DNA from: Octopus sinensis
Taxonomy: Eukaryota
Direction of reading: 5' to 3'
Length of the DNA: 64,000 nucleotides
Assembly (NCBI RefSeq): GCF_006345805.1
Contig: NC_042997.1
Coordinates: 174,096,001-174,160,000, forward strand
In this document: piece after piece, positions 13,515 through 24,885 of the stretch
Layout: each line of letters opens with the position of its first letter
How positions within the stretch are numbered: the stretch's first letter is position 1
Program-made: the position numbers and the translations under genes
Notes under the pieces: generated by a model
Told to the model about the DNA's origin: nothing
What the model saw: the letters and a program-made list of their open reading frames with translations, nothing else
Databases searched by the model: none

Positions 13515-13838
13515 ATATATAAAAAAAGGAAATGAAGAAAATGCTGACAAAATAATTAAGTAAGGGAGAGTGTATTTAATTAGGTGAAAGTTCTTTTTCA
13601 CGGTTGCGCATTTGTTATGCTTATCAAAAGAAATTTTTTTAAGAGAGATAGAGTTCCTTTCTGATAGATTTTTTCTCTTATCAGGTAAGAGAAAAGAATC
13701 TATCAGAAAGGAACTCTATCTCTCTTTAAAAAAATATCTTTTGATAAGCATAACAAATGCGCAACGGTAAAAAGAACTTTCACCTAATTAAATACACTCT
13801 CCCTTACTTAAATTATTTTGTCAGCATTTTCTTCATTC

Positions 13839-13850
<12 letters not shown>
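13515..13850. repeat. ~330-bp near-perfect fold-back palindrome
   Basis: Arms of about 155 bp (GGAAATGAAGAAAATGCTGAC... / ...GTCAGCATTTTCTTCATTCC) meet at CTCTTA-TCAGG-TAAGAG; 5-nt loop at 13681-13685. Confidence 0.95.
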
Positions 13851-13873
<23 letters not shown>

Positions 13874-13923
13874 TTAGATATTTTGTTCGACCAGAGATTG
13901 GTCCAGGCATGTCTAACTTAATA

Positions 13924-13974
<51 letters not shown>

Positions 13975-14039
13975 TCTGTGTGTATATATATTATATATGT
14001 ATATATATATATGTCATAAGCTACGAGACTTTGACATTG

Positions 14040-15221
14040 CCGGTAATGGGAGAGTGGTCATGACGTCCTTAAAGATAGAAGTCATGTGCTGCAGTCAATG
14101 GTGTTCTTTCTGAGGAAACTCAAATCCTTAATGCCATTCACCAGGAAACTGTTCTGGGGCCATTACTGCTCAAAATAGCGCGCTTAAAACATGCCTACGG
14201 TCACTCGGACAGCCACTGTCACTACCAATGTTGATATAAAAATATCATAAGCAATAAAAAACGAAGATGACATCGCAAGCTTACAACAGGACCCGAATTC
14301 GAAATACAACTGGTCCAAAATAAACAACCTGCAGTATGATATTGGAAAATTTCAAGCACTGCACTATCAATTAACGAATGCACTACAGCCTGCATATACA
14401 GGACTCGAAGGCACTGCAATTCTAGAGTCACAGGCAGTGAGAGATTTGGGGATGAGTATGTGTAATGACGCATCATTTTGTATGCACATTACCAAGATGG
14501 CAGTAAAGTGCAAATAACTGGCTGGATGGATACTGAGGTTCTTCAAGACAAGGGGACCAAGAAACTATGTTGTCCTTGTGAAGAACTTTTGCTCTCAGAC
14601 GCCTGGACTACTGTTACCAGTTATGGCCACCACATAGTGCCAAACTAATAGCGGAGCTTGAATCAGTCCAACGCCACTACACCAATAAGACTGAAGCAGT
14701 GCAGTGGATCAGCGACAAGGATAGGCTGAGAAAACTGCAACTTTACTCCCTGGAGCGAAGGCGTGAGAGATATGCAATAATCTATATATGGAAAACTCTA
14801 GAAGGGCTTGTACCTAACTTTGGCATTGAGTGTTATATAAATAACAGAAATGGCCGCCATTGTATTGTACCAAATATACCACACTCCATCTCAATTCAGA
14901 ACCAGGTACTGCAACAGTCCTAAGGATCAAAGGCTCACAACTCTTCAATGGGCTGCCACAAAAATTAAGAAATCTGCATAAGGTGGAATTACTTGTCTTC
15001 AAAAGGACATAGACACCCTTCGCTCCACAATACCTGATGAACCAACAGCCCGACATGAAGTACATATGAGGGCAGCGGAATCAAACTCCCTATACATCTA
15101 TATGCCAACAGCTGGGACAAAGGTACATACAGGAGTGGTGATGTGAAACACCTAGACTGAGGAATCAAAGACCACGTAGTGCTCCAGCATGACCGCAGCC
15201 GCATGGCTAAGTAAAAGAGTA
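14040..15221 (+). mobile_element. Older 5'-truncated CR1-clade LINE (RT C-terminus and 3' end)
   Basis: DRLRKLQLYSLERRRERYAIIYIWKTLEGLVPN; RLDYCYQLWPP; IPDEP motif. Ends GTGCTCCAGCATGACCGCAGCCGCATGGCTAAGTAAAAGAGTA. Confidence 0.9.
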
Positions 15222-16079
15222 TATATAATGTATACGCATGTATATATATGCATATACGTTATATATATATAATATGTGTGGTGTGTGTGTGTGTGTGTGT
15301 TGAGTGCGTTTGTATATGTACACATACACACACATATACAGATATATTAATATATATATATATATATATCTATATATATATATTTATATATATATGTATG
15401 TATTTATGTATATATGTGTGTATATAAATATATGTATTATGCATGCATGTATGTGTATATATATATATAAATATATATATGTGCATGTATGTGTATATAT
15501 TTATTATTGCGTATATGTGTAAATAATGTAGTATGTTTGTATACATATAATATAAACATACCTGAATACCTACACGCATACTTAGATCAATGAAAAGGAC
15601 ACCTGTATATCTCCTACGCTTTTCTCACTCGTCGCCCCACTCTACTGCACCCGCTGTTGTGGGCAATCAACGGATGAAGATCTGTATTTTGTCACTTTGA
15701 TTTAAACCGCTGTCATTATATTGACAGACACATGTGATGGATTAAGGAATGATACCCTTGACTACATCTATTTTGCACACATTATTTGTCCTAATCAATA
15801 GGTTAATTCCCATTAATTGAAAAAAGAAATGAATATTTTTTTTACCTACATATCACTTATTGGTGAAATGAGGATACATAAGTGCTGGCATGTCTGTGTC
15901 TTAGATAGCCCCCTTTGCAACAGTGTGTTTTCGGTTTCAGAACCCACTATGAGGATATTTTACCAATGGTCATCTACTGTAGCTCTGGGTGATTAATGCC
16001 ATGTGAGTGAATTTGGTGGATAGAAACTGTCTAGGAGCCAGTTCTTAATCGAAGTGTATAGTGTTATATATCCATTACG

Positions 16080-16169
16080 GCTGATCTTACCAGTCGGTTT
16101 CACACTGGGTATTAAATCAGATGTCTGATAAGATCCAGATTACGTAACCATGAGCTCATCAGAGCTAGC
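16080..16169 (-). ncRNA. Candidate type I hammerhead ribozyme with long stem II
   Basis: Minus strand reads GCTAGCT CTGATGA [54 nt] GAAA CC-GACT-GG TA^ AGATCAGC. Both core halves are intact and stem III is A-U plus 2 G-C pairs; stems I and II are imperfect. Confidence 0.45.
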
Positions 16170-18051
16170 AGTTATTGAAGCAAACGTGACTAGATGACTG
16201 TGAGTGTGTGTGTGCGTGATTATACACTCAATATATATACAAAATATAAGACCATTAAAGTGGATTCCTAATGTGCTAAAAATAGACGTCAAATCGCCTT
16301 ACCGCGAAGAGTGTGTTCTCAAGAAAATTTCAGCAAACGCCAGAATGTAAAAATGAGCAAGACAAACGAAAATATACAAAATAAAACGATTACCTACGTA
16401 CGATGGTTTCGTCTGTTAATATTTACGAATGTAAATATCTGCAGACTTATCAGCGTAGTCCATCGCTTACAAAACGCAATTTTCAAAACTAGACACCGAA
16501 CGTTCAATCGAAAGAGAACATGTATAAAGTTTTGCAAATTATATTTGGGGGTATCTTTCAAAATAGCTGGAGCGAACATTTATCAATCTCCACCAATTTC
16601 TGTCCATTCTCTGTCGCGAACACCTGGCCGCTGCTGGTGGATGGAAGAGGTTCGCTCCTCTGTTTCCAGTATATGAATGCTGCAGGCTGAACCTATAGCC
16701 AGCTAACGGAAGATCAGCCTGGGATTAATTCGTAGGAATATTGATGTGGCCATTAACTTTACTGTCAGTATAGTTACTACTAAATACACGCACCACACAC
16801 ACACACACACACCCATACACACACACACACATATAATATATATATATCTATATATATATAATATATATATAATATATTATATATATTATATAAAATACCT
16901 TACATTGCGGCTGAGATATAACACACTTTCAGATATCCTGTAATGTGTGCAATATTGTAGTTTTCAAAACATCAAGGGTAATCAAGTCTACAGCCCGTCA
17001 TCGTGTGTGTGTGTGTGTGTGTGTGTGTGTTGTTGTGTATTTGAAATCTATGAAGTTGAAGTCATAGGAATTTATAAAGAGAAAAATAGACTGACAGGTA
17101 TAGAAAACTTTGAAAGATTCAACACAATGAACAGAAGGGAGAATCATTATGAATTGAGGCTCAGTCTTATATCTAATATTACTGGTGCATGAAAAGTATC
17201 TCAACGCACTTTTCACGCAGTTGCTACTTAGAAACGGTAAATTATCCTCACTGAATTTAGAGTACATTATCATTTATATAAATATAATTATACCGAGCAC
17301 TGTCGTGCAGACGATTGCTCCCTTGGTGTACGGTTTGAACAATCGTAATTAAATTTCTGTTTGGAGATATATCTATTTTCGTTTTTTCGTTTGATAAGCT
17401 ATGGTTTATCAAAGGCGTAAAGACAGAAATCCCTAGCCTTTATTTATTTGTTCGTTTTAATTAATTCATTTATTTATTTTGTAGGGTCCCCATCATAGGT
17501 GTGGATTAGAGCAATCAGAAGCGGCGCATCAAGTCATCGAGGAATCATTATGCCGGACATCTGGTCTAAGAGCTCGCAGTAGAATAGATTTCGCTGATAT
17601 CCTTTAAGGACTATCAGGTGACGTAAACTGGGTAAACTGGACGTAGAGAGTTTACATATTTAATATTTTTTTCTTTTATCTACGACGAACTTCTTACAAT
17701 ATCTGTTTGGTGGGAATCTTGTAATTCTCTACACACAAGACATTTTTTATTGCACCCGCCGAAACAAATGCCACATAGACTGATTTGCATAAACTCAACA
17801 TCATTCATCATCATCATCATCATCATCGTCGTCGTCGTCACCGCCATCGTCATCATCATCGTCATCGTCATCGTCATCATCATAATCATCATCAAGCGAC
17901 CGCAGCAGAAATGCGTTTCACCACGCACCGCCAAGAATCTCAATACCCATTTATTTTGGAAGAAGTCCTCAACTTCATATTGTGCGTCTTTCTGCTAAAA
18001 CAGTGATGTAGGAGAGGGATATTCATCCTCTGTTGATGTTTTTTTCTCTTT

Positions 18052-18454
18052 TTTTCTCTTTTTTACTTGTTTCAGTCATTTGACTGTGGCCATGCTGGAG
18101 CACCACATTTAATCGAGCAACTCGACCCCAGGACTTATCCTTTGTAAGCCCAGTACGTATTCTATCGGTCTCTTTTGCCGAACCGCTAAGTGACGGGGAC
18201 ATAAACACACCAGCATCGGTTGTCAAGCAATGCTAGGGGGCCAAACACAGACACACAAACATACACGCACATACATATATATACATATATACGACGGGCT
18301 TCTTTCAGTTTCCGTCTACTAAATCCACTCACAAGGCTTTGGTCGGCCCGAAGCTATAGTAGAAGACACTTGCCCAAGGTACCACGCAGTGGGACTGAAC
18401 CCGGAACCATGTGGTTGGTAAACAAGCTACTTACCACACAGCCACTCCTGCGCC
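18052..18454 (-). mobile_element. SINE family A, full length
   Basis: Head GGCGCAGGAGTGGCTGTGTGG on the minus strand; standard body and tail. Confidence 0.9.
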
Positions 18455-18480
18455 TGTGTGGAAGTCTCTAACTTATAAAA

Positions 18481-18840
18481 TCTTATTTCTTTTTTGCCCA
18501 AAAGGGGCTAAACATAGAGGGGACAAACAAGGGCAGACAAACGGATTAAGTTGATTACATCGACCCCAGTGCGTAATTGGTACTTAATTCATCGACCCCA
18601 AAATGATGAAAGGCAAAGCCGACCTCGGCGGAATTTGAACTCAGAACGTTTCTGCCAGTTCGCCGCCATTCACTGCCTTAATAATCCTTTCTACTAAAGG
18701 CACCAGGCTTGAAATTTTGGGGGAGAGAACTAGTTGATTACATTGACCCCAGTGTTTTACTAGAACTTAATTTATCGACCCCGAAAAGATGAAAGGCAAA
18801 GTCGACCTCGGCGGAATTTGAACTCAGAACGTAACGGCAA
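18481..18840 (-). mobile_element. Two adjacent Nin/Deu-domain SINEs (family B)
   Basis: Both carry GAGTTCAAATTCCGCCGAGGTCG(A/G)CTTTGCCTTTCATC..GGGGTCGAT(A/G)AATTAAGT on the minus strand (18481-18668 and about 18690-18840). Confidence 0.85.
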
Positions 18841-18969
18841 AAATCTGATATTACTTGCTGTTCAGCATGATAGCACTGGGCAACAAAGACCACTCGTCGA
18901 TGAGCAACAATAGTTGATATAGAGATGAGTAGAATGTGTCAATTACTCTCATGTATATATGTATGTATT

Positions 18970-19190
18970 TGTATATCTGTTTTTGTCCCCACCCCATCAT
19001 CGCCTGACAATCGATGTTGGTGTTTTTACCCCTCCGTAACTTGGAGTTTCGGCAAAAGAGACCGATAGAATAAGTACTAGGCTTACAAAGAATAAGTCCT
19101 GGGATTGATTTGTTCGACTAAAACGGTGCTCCAGCATAGCCGTGGTCAAATGACTATGAAAAGAGCAAAAGTGTAAAAGAGTAAAAGAGA
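18970..19190 (+). mobile_element. SINE family A, 3' half
   Basis: TTTGTCCCCACC..ATAGAATAAGTACTAGGCTTACAAAGAATAAGTCCTGGG..GTGCTCCAGCAT..(AAAAGAG)n. Confidence 0.85.
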
Positions 19191-20162
19191 ATATATATTT
19201 ATGTGTGTGTGTGTATGTGTATGCGTGTGTATATATAGGTGTGTTTATATATGTGTGTGTATATATATGTGTGTGTATGTGTGTATATATGTGTGTGTGT
19301 GTATGTGTGCGTATATATTGTGTGTATATATATGTGTGTGTATGAGTGTGTATATATGTGTGTGTGTGTATGTGTGCGTATATATATGTGGTATATATTA
19401 TATATGTGTGTGTGTGTGGTGTGTGTGTGCGTCAGTGCGTGTGTGTACGTACACGCTGTCACACAGACGAACGTGAAAGCCTGAAACGAAACCTCATCCA
19501 GTTTCCCTATTCGGTATCTATTGTGTCCCAAATGGCTTGAACAAAAGACATGAACGTTGAACGTCATGCAGCATGATTTTTTTTTTTCCCCGCCCGCAAC
19601 CCCCACCCTCACCCCCACCCCCACCACCACTATCACTACCGACCCGCTGTTACTTATATAGTTGTGCGCCTCTATGTAAGATAACAAGCAATCCACAACT
19701 GCAACCAGGCTTCACCCTCTCAGCGCCCTCCACCACATATACCTGTGTATGTATGCACCGATAACATATATAAATACACACACACACACACAGATATATA
19801 TATATATATATAATATATAATATATATATATATATTATATATATTATATATACGTATGTATGTATGTATGTATGTTTTTGCTAACGTCTTCTCTTTCAGA
19901 TCCATTACATTTTAAAAACTGAAATGATTGATATGTTTCTCTCTACGTGACATCACATTATCTCGCAGCCGTGTTCCTTTGGATGGTTCTTTTCCTTTAC
20001 TTTTCTATTTTTCCTTTCCTTTTTTTTGTGTTTCTTTTTTTTTTTTTGCGTTTTGTTATCATTGTTCTCTGAATTTAAATCTCCTCCACAGGACATCAAT
20101 GAAATTAAGTACTAGCAATGAAGTAATGGGGATTATGTCCTGTACTTTCAACACGGACAAGG

Positions 20163-20636
20163 TTGGTTTACTACTACTATACTACTACTACTACTACCAC
20201 CACCACCACCACCAACGCCGCCGCCGCCGCCACCACCACCTCCACCACTGCTACTACCCCTACTACTAATACTACCGCACCACCACCACCACCTCTACTA
20301 CTATTACTTCCACTACCACCAATGCCGCCCACCGCCACCACCCACCACGACTACCACATGCACCTCTGCTACTACCCTACTACTAATACTACCACCACCA
20401 CCACCACTCCTACCATTACTACTACTACCACCACCGTTACTACTACTACTACCAATACCGTCGTCATCACCACCACACCACCACCACCACCATCACCATC
20501 ACACCACCACCACCATCACCCTCTCCAGTACTGCTACTACCTCCTACTACTAATATACCACTACCACCACCATCACCACTACCATTACTAGCACCACCAC
20601 CCTTACTACCACTACTACCCTCACTACTACTACTAT

Positions 20637-20670
<34 letters not shown>
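20163..20670. repeat. (CTA)n/(CCA)n low-complexity tract
   Basis: Direct reading. Confidence 0.95.
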
Positions 20671-20672
<2 letters not shown>

Positions 20673-22131
20673 AAAATCGCTCCACGTTGCCGCTTGACCT
20701 TTTAGGAATAGCTTCTGTTAAAAGCACCCAATTTATCTAGTGGTGGTATTAAACCGGTTTATCATTCTTACATTTTCACCAATCCACTTTTGTGGCAGTG
20801 GTGGCCCGTGTATAGAAACTGCGAAACTCTAGCATCCCCTACTTCTACTCGATATTATCGATAATATTCAATAGAATTAGTCCTTTTTTATCTTTAATTC
20901 TTTCTTTATACTTGTACATTATATAATCTTTAAGCTTAATGTCAGTAGCCATCCCCTAATTTATGAAAAAAAAAATACAAAAGTCCTTGTATAGAACTGT
21001 GCGCTTCACAGTTCCAGCGACGCGGTATTTGGCTCTTGTGCGCATGCTCACATGTCCCAGATAGGAAGCTTCGCACTAGGGAGAGAGAGCACTGCCAGAA
21101 TGACAGTATCGGGTGAAAGGTAGTGTTTCTCTTTGACTCAGCGTGTGTTGTGCTTAAAAACGTGTTCATATTCTTGAATGTTATAAAGTCTAGAATTAGA
21201 TTATCCTGCTTCCAGCTTCAGTGTTGCTGCCAGGATTTGAAAAATTGGGCACATTCCTCCCACCCCACCCCTTATTTTGTGATCTAGTGGGTATTTTTGA
21301 ATAACAAGGGGGAATTCGCGGCGGTGTTCAGTGAACAAATTAAACACACTACCCGGCAGTGGCTAACACGCGAACCGATCAATTTATGTATAAATTTTCT
21401 TTTTATATGCTTGTTTCGTTTTACACAATATTAAAATAACGGCTAAACATTTTCTGAAGTAGCATCTCCACTATTTTTATCTATGAGCCGCCACTGGTCG
21501 TGGGTTGCCTTTTTTTTTTATCGACATCGACAGAATGAAAAGCAAACCTGTCCTTAGCAAGATTTGAACTCGGAACGTCGAATATCTGTACAAATAACGC
21601 GGCGAGGTATGAGTCGTTCAGAATACCTCGCGTTATTTCCACTGAGACTCTACCAACTCACCTGTTACACGAGTGACAGAAACAGACATCTGAAGGTTTT
21701 CTACTCAGAGCTGGAAATGCAGAGAAAAAGAAAAGTTTTGTGATAGCACAGAAAGCGACAAGAGCGGTTGATAGAAACTATCGTTTTCTGAATACTATCC
21801 CTTGCAAAATTGCTTGCAGTAACGAGGATTGATTAAAAGAGAATTGGGTTGTGATTATTTGGAGCATGCAAGATACAAAGTGCCGGTTAAAATCTGATTA
21901 CAGTGCTTTGAGCTGTTGTACTTTAACAACCAACAGGATGTGGACTCTTTCTTTTCCTTAGCGTTGCTTCAATACAGATAGCATAGAAACAAAAAGCTGC
22001 AAGGCTAATGGGGGTGACTGTGTGAGGGTCAGTTGTCCTTTTACGCTTTATCTATGTCTCATTTAATTATACATACATACATATATATATATGTATGTAT
22101 TATATATAGATATATATATATATATTATATA

Positions 22132-22176
<45 letters not shown>

Positions 22177-22289
22177 ATATATATATTTTCGTTTTGTTTG
22201 TTTTTTATTTTACCGTTATTGTTTTTACGTTTTTGTATTCTTATTGGTGTCACGTATTCTGTATTTTTGTTCGTGTACTTCGTCGTTTT

Positions 22290-22510
22290 CGTCCTCGTGT
22301 TGTATACATTCGAAGCTTTCTTTCCAGGGGATCTAATGCGCTTGGCTTAGATTTCCCTTGCGGGCTGCCCATATCGGAGCAATCTCAAGATTAATCAGCC
22401 GAAATTGCTAAGATGATCTGGTTCTTGACTGATGACTGAGGGCTTCGAATGTCCCGTCCTGTGGTTCTTGTGTCGTCTCTGTGGTGTTTCATGTTCTTGT
22501 CCATGTCTGT
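22290..22510 (+). repeat. Unclassified interspersed-repeat-like segment between (TA)n tracts
   Basis: GC-richer island (CCCTTGCGGGCTGCCCATATCGGAGCAATC..CAGCCGAAATTGCTAAGATGATCTGG..CTGATGA) followed by a T-rich tail and (TA)n. Single copy in this window. Confidence 0.35.
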
Positions 22511-22560
22511 AATTATTTTTACTGTTTACCTATATATATATATATATGTATATATATATA

Positions 22561-22782
22561 CACGAGGGTGTGGCGAAAAGTTCCTGGCTTTAAGGGTATC
22601 CTGAAAGGCTTGGTTGGAGGCCCAGCCTTTCGAGTTTTTTTTATTAGGGCTTAGAAAAACTGGAGGACCGCTGCAGAAAGTGTGTGAAACTGAGAGGGTA
22701 ATATGCTGAATAAAATCATAATTAACTAATCCTCCTGTATTCTTTTTTTTTATCAAAAGCCAGGAACTTTTCAGCACTCCCT

Positions 22783-22786
<4 letters not shown>
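22561..22786 (+). mobile_element. Mariner internal-deletion derivative (MITE)
   Basis: TIRs CACGAGGGTGTGGCGAAAAGTTCCTGGCTTT / AAAGCCAGGAACTTTTCAGCACTCCCTTGTG. The interior encodes KLEDRCRKCVKLRG*YAE*, resembling a mariner transposase C-terminus. Confidence 0.8.
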
Positions 22787-22822
<36 letters not shown>

Positions 22823-22860
22823 CACATATATCTACATATATAAGCATACAGATATATTTA

Positions 22861-23093
22861 TTGGGTTGGTGTATAATTATTGCGGCTTTTTTTCAACAAT
22901 AACAACATGTAACAAAAGCATCTTTAAATGATTATTCTGGAGCGTATTCACCATCTACTTCAATTACTGCTGCCCATTTGCTTGGTAGACGGCTAGACCG
23001 TTATTTAAATATGTTTTTGTTAAATATTGTTCTTGTTTTTGTCGAATAAAATTTGCTGAAAAAAAAAGCCGCAATAATTATGCACCAACCCAA
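22861..23093 (-). mobile_element. Mariner internal-deletion derivative with Hsmar1/MADE1-like TIRs and TA TSD
   Basis: TIRs TTGGGTTGGTGTATAATTATTGCGGCTTTTT / AAAAAGCCGCAATAATTATGCACCAACCCAA with TA on both sides. The minus strand encodes RLPSKWAAVIEVDGEYAPE*, a mariner C-terminus. Confidence 0.9.
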
Positions 23094-23149
23094 TATATAT
23101 ATACATATACATATATGTGTGTATGTGTATATATTTTCATGCAGTCATT

Positions 23150-23430
23150 CATAAGCAGGCTCTAGTTCTTTTCCCAGACGTGCTGTCTCTTCTCTGCTTT
23201 TCAAATACTGCTATAAAGGCCACTGCTACTCGGAGCTCGTTGACTTTGTGCCACCTCTCTATAGGCATTAACAGATTACTAACAGCTCCCAATTTTCTAT
23301 ACTCTACGCTAGCCAATCCTCTCTACCCTTCACCACCACTCCTGGTTATCGTTCTACTGGATTGTCCTCCATATTCATGACATTCCTGCAGGTGTCACAT
23401 GACTTATATTGCCCATTCCTTCTGTCAAAG
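23150..23430 (+). mobile_element. Degraded L2/CR1-group LINE 3' fragment
   Basis: SLLFKYCYKGHCYSELVDFVPP resembles the SLFYRYY.G.CS.EL..L.P motif after the RT thumb. Confidence 0.4.
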
Positions 23431-23641
23431 CGAGGAATAAGACATAATAAGAAAATATAATAATATAACCAAATATATTTTATATGGTATTAGTCGTACC
23501 TCACACTTTTAGGTAACTTTGTATCTACATTCCCACATTTTTATGTAATATTGTATATAACATTCTTTGTTACTAGTAGCAAAATAAAAGTATTATTTTT
23601 TTTTGTTATTATTACTGTTTTTTTCTTTATCATTATTATCA

Positions 23642-23712
<71 letters not shown>

Positions 23713-24604
23713 TTACATTACAATATTGTACACAAATATATGATGGTTTAAATAGATAGTAAACTTAACCAAAGTTATTGAAACGGTTCAAAGAAAGAAT
23801 TTCAGTAAACATGGAATCTAAATGTATTTATGCATTTTCGAAGACTCCACCAAGCAACAGATTTAAAGTCCGACATCAAAGAATTATCCACTTTGGCGGA
23901 TAAACATTCAGTCATTCCATTCTCAAATAGAATAAGGAAGAATTTTGCTCAAAGGAAAACAAAAAAAAGTTCCATTGTAGTAGTGTGATGGTCTACACAC
24001 AAAGAGCTTTCTGTGAAACAATATTGTTAACTGTCATTTTGAATCAATTTCGGATTCGAAATATTGGAAACTAGCAATAGAAACTCGAAGAATATAGCAG
24101 CCTTCGAGAGTTTTCAGCACAAGGAAATAAGCACATTTAATGGCAGGTTTTCGTTTAATAATATTTTACAGCATTATTGCGAAATATGTTTAAATTTAAT
24201 CCCACGTGTCTATACAAATATGTATATATATAACGACATTTTGTATACTTTTAAACAAAACGAAGCATAGTTCTGTATTGCTTTATGCATACACTTACAT
24301 AGCCATACTGAGAGGCACACACACGCACACACACACACACATCATTCGAACCAATCAGTGAGCTGAGCCGGCTTTACCTGTTCACTCAATCTGCTAAAAT
24401 AGAAATAGCAGGCAAATCTCTCACAAATCGTACTACAGACAACTAGAATAACGTAGCCTTTAACTGTTAGCGATAAAGACGGCTAGTATATACCTTTGAT
24501 CGAGTGTCTGTTTGATCAGGGTCAACTTTGGACCAGATAGCGATACCCTTACCAACACCGACAACTACAATAAATTTAATGCCATTATGTCACTTGTAAT
24601 ACTG

Positions 24605-24885
24605 ATTTCAAATTTTGGCACAAGGCCAGCAATTTCGAGAGAGGAAGGGATTAAGTCGATTAAATTGATCCCAGTACTCAGCTGGTGCTTACCTCATCGA
24701 CCTCGAAAGTGTGAAAGGCAAAGTCGATCTCGGCGGAATTTGAATTGAGGACATAAATACGGACGGAATACCGCTAAGCACTTTGCCCGGCGAGCTAACA
24801 ATTCTTTTCTACTCTAGGCACAAGGCCAGACATTTTGGGAGAGGGGTCCAGTCGATTAGATCGACTCCAGTACTCAACTGGTATT
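24605..24885 (-). mobile_element. Family B (Nin/Deu) SINE plus a second partial copy
   Basis: GAAAGGCAAAGTCGATCTCGGCGGAATTTGAA..GGAATACCGCTAAGCACTTTGCCCGGCG; the GGCACAAGGCC tail motif is repeated at 24618 and 24817. Confidence 0.8.

Noticed and set aside
20796-21496. Putative TIR pair CAGTGGTGGCCCGTG / CAGTGGCGGCTCATA
   Set aside because: Only about 11 of 16 positions match, with no TSD and no coding remnant.
21592-21638. 16-bp inverted repeat hairpin
   Set aside because: It sits inside a decayed family-B SINE and is best explained as a local inverted duplication.
22395-22460. CTGATGA with nearby GAAA/GAAT as a hammerhead
   Set aside because: The downstream half reads GAAT, and stems I and III do not pair. 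The permuted reading using the upstream GAAA needs non-adjacent helices.
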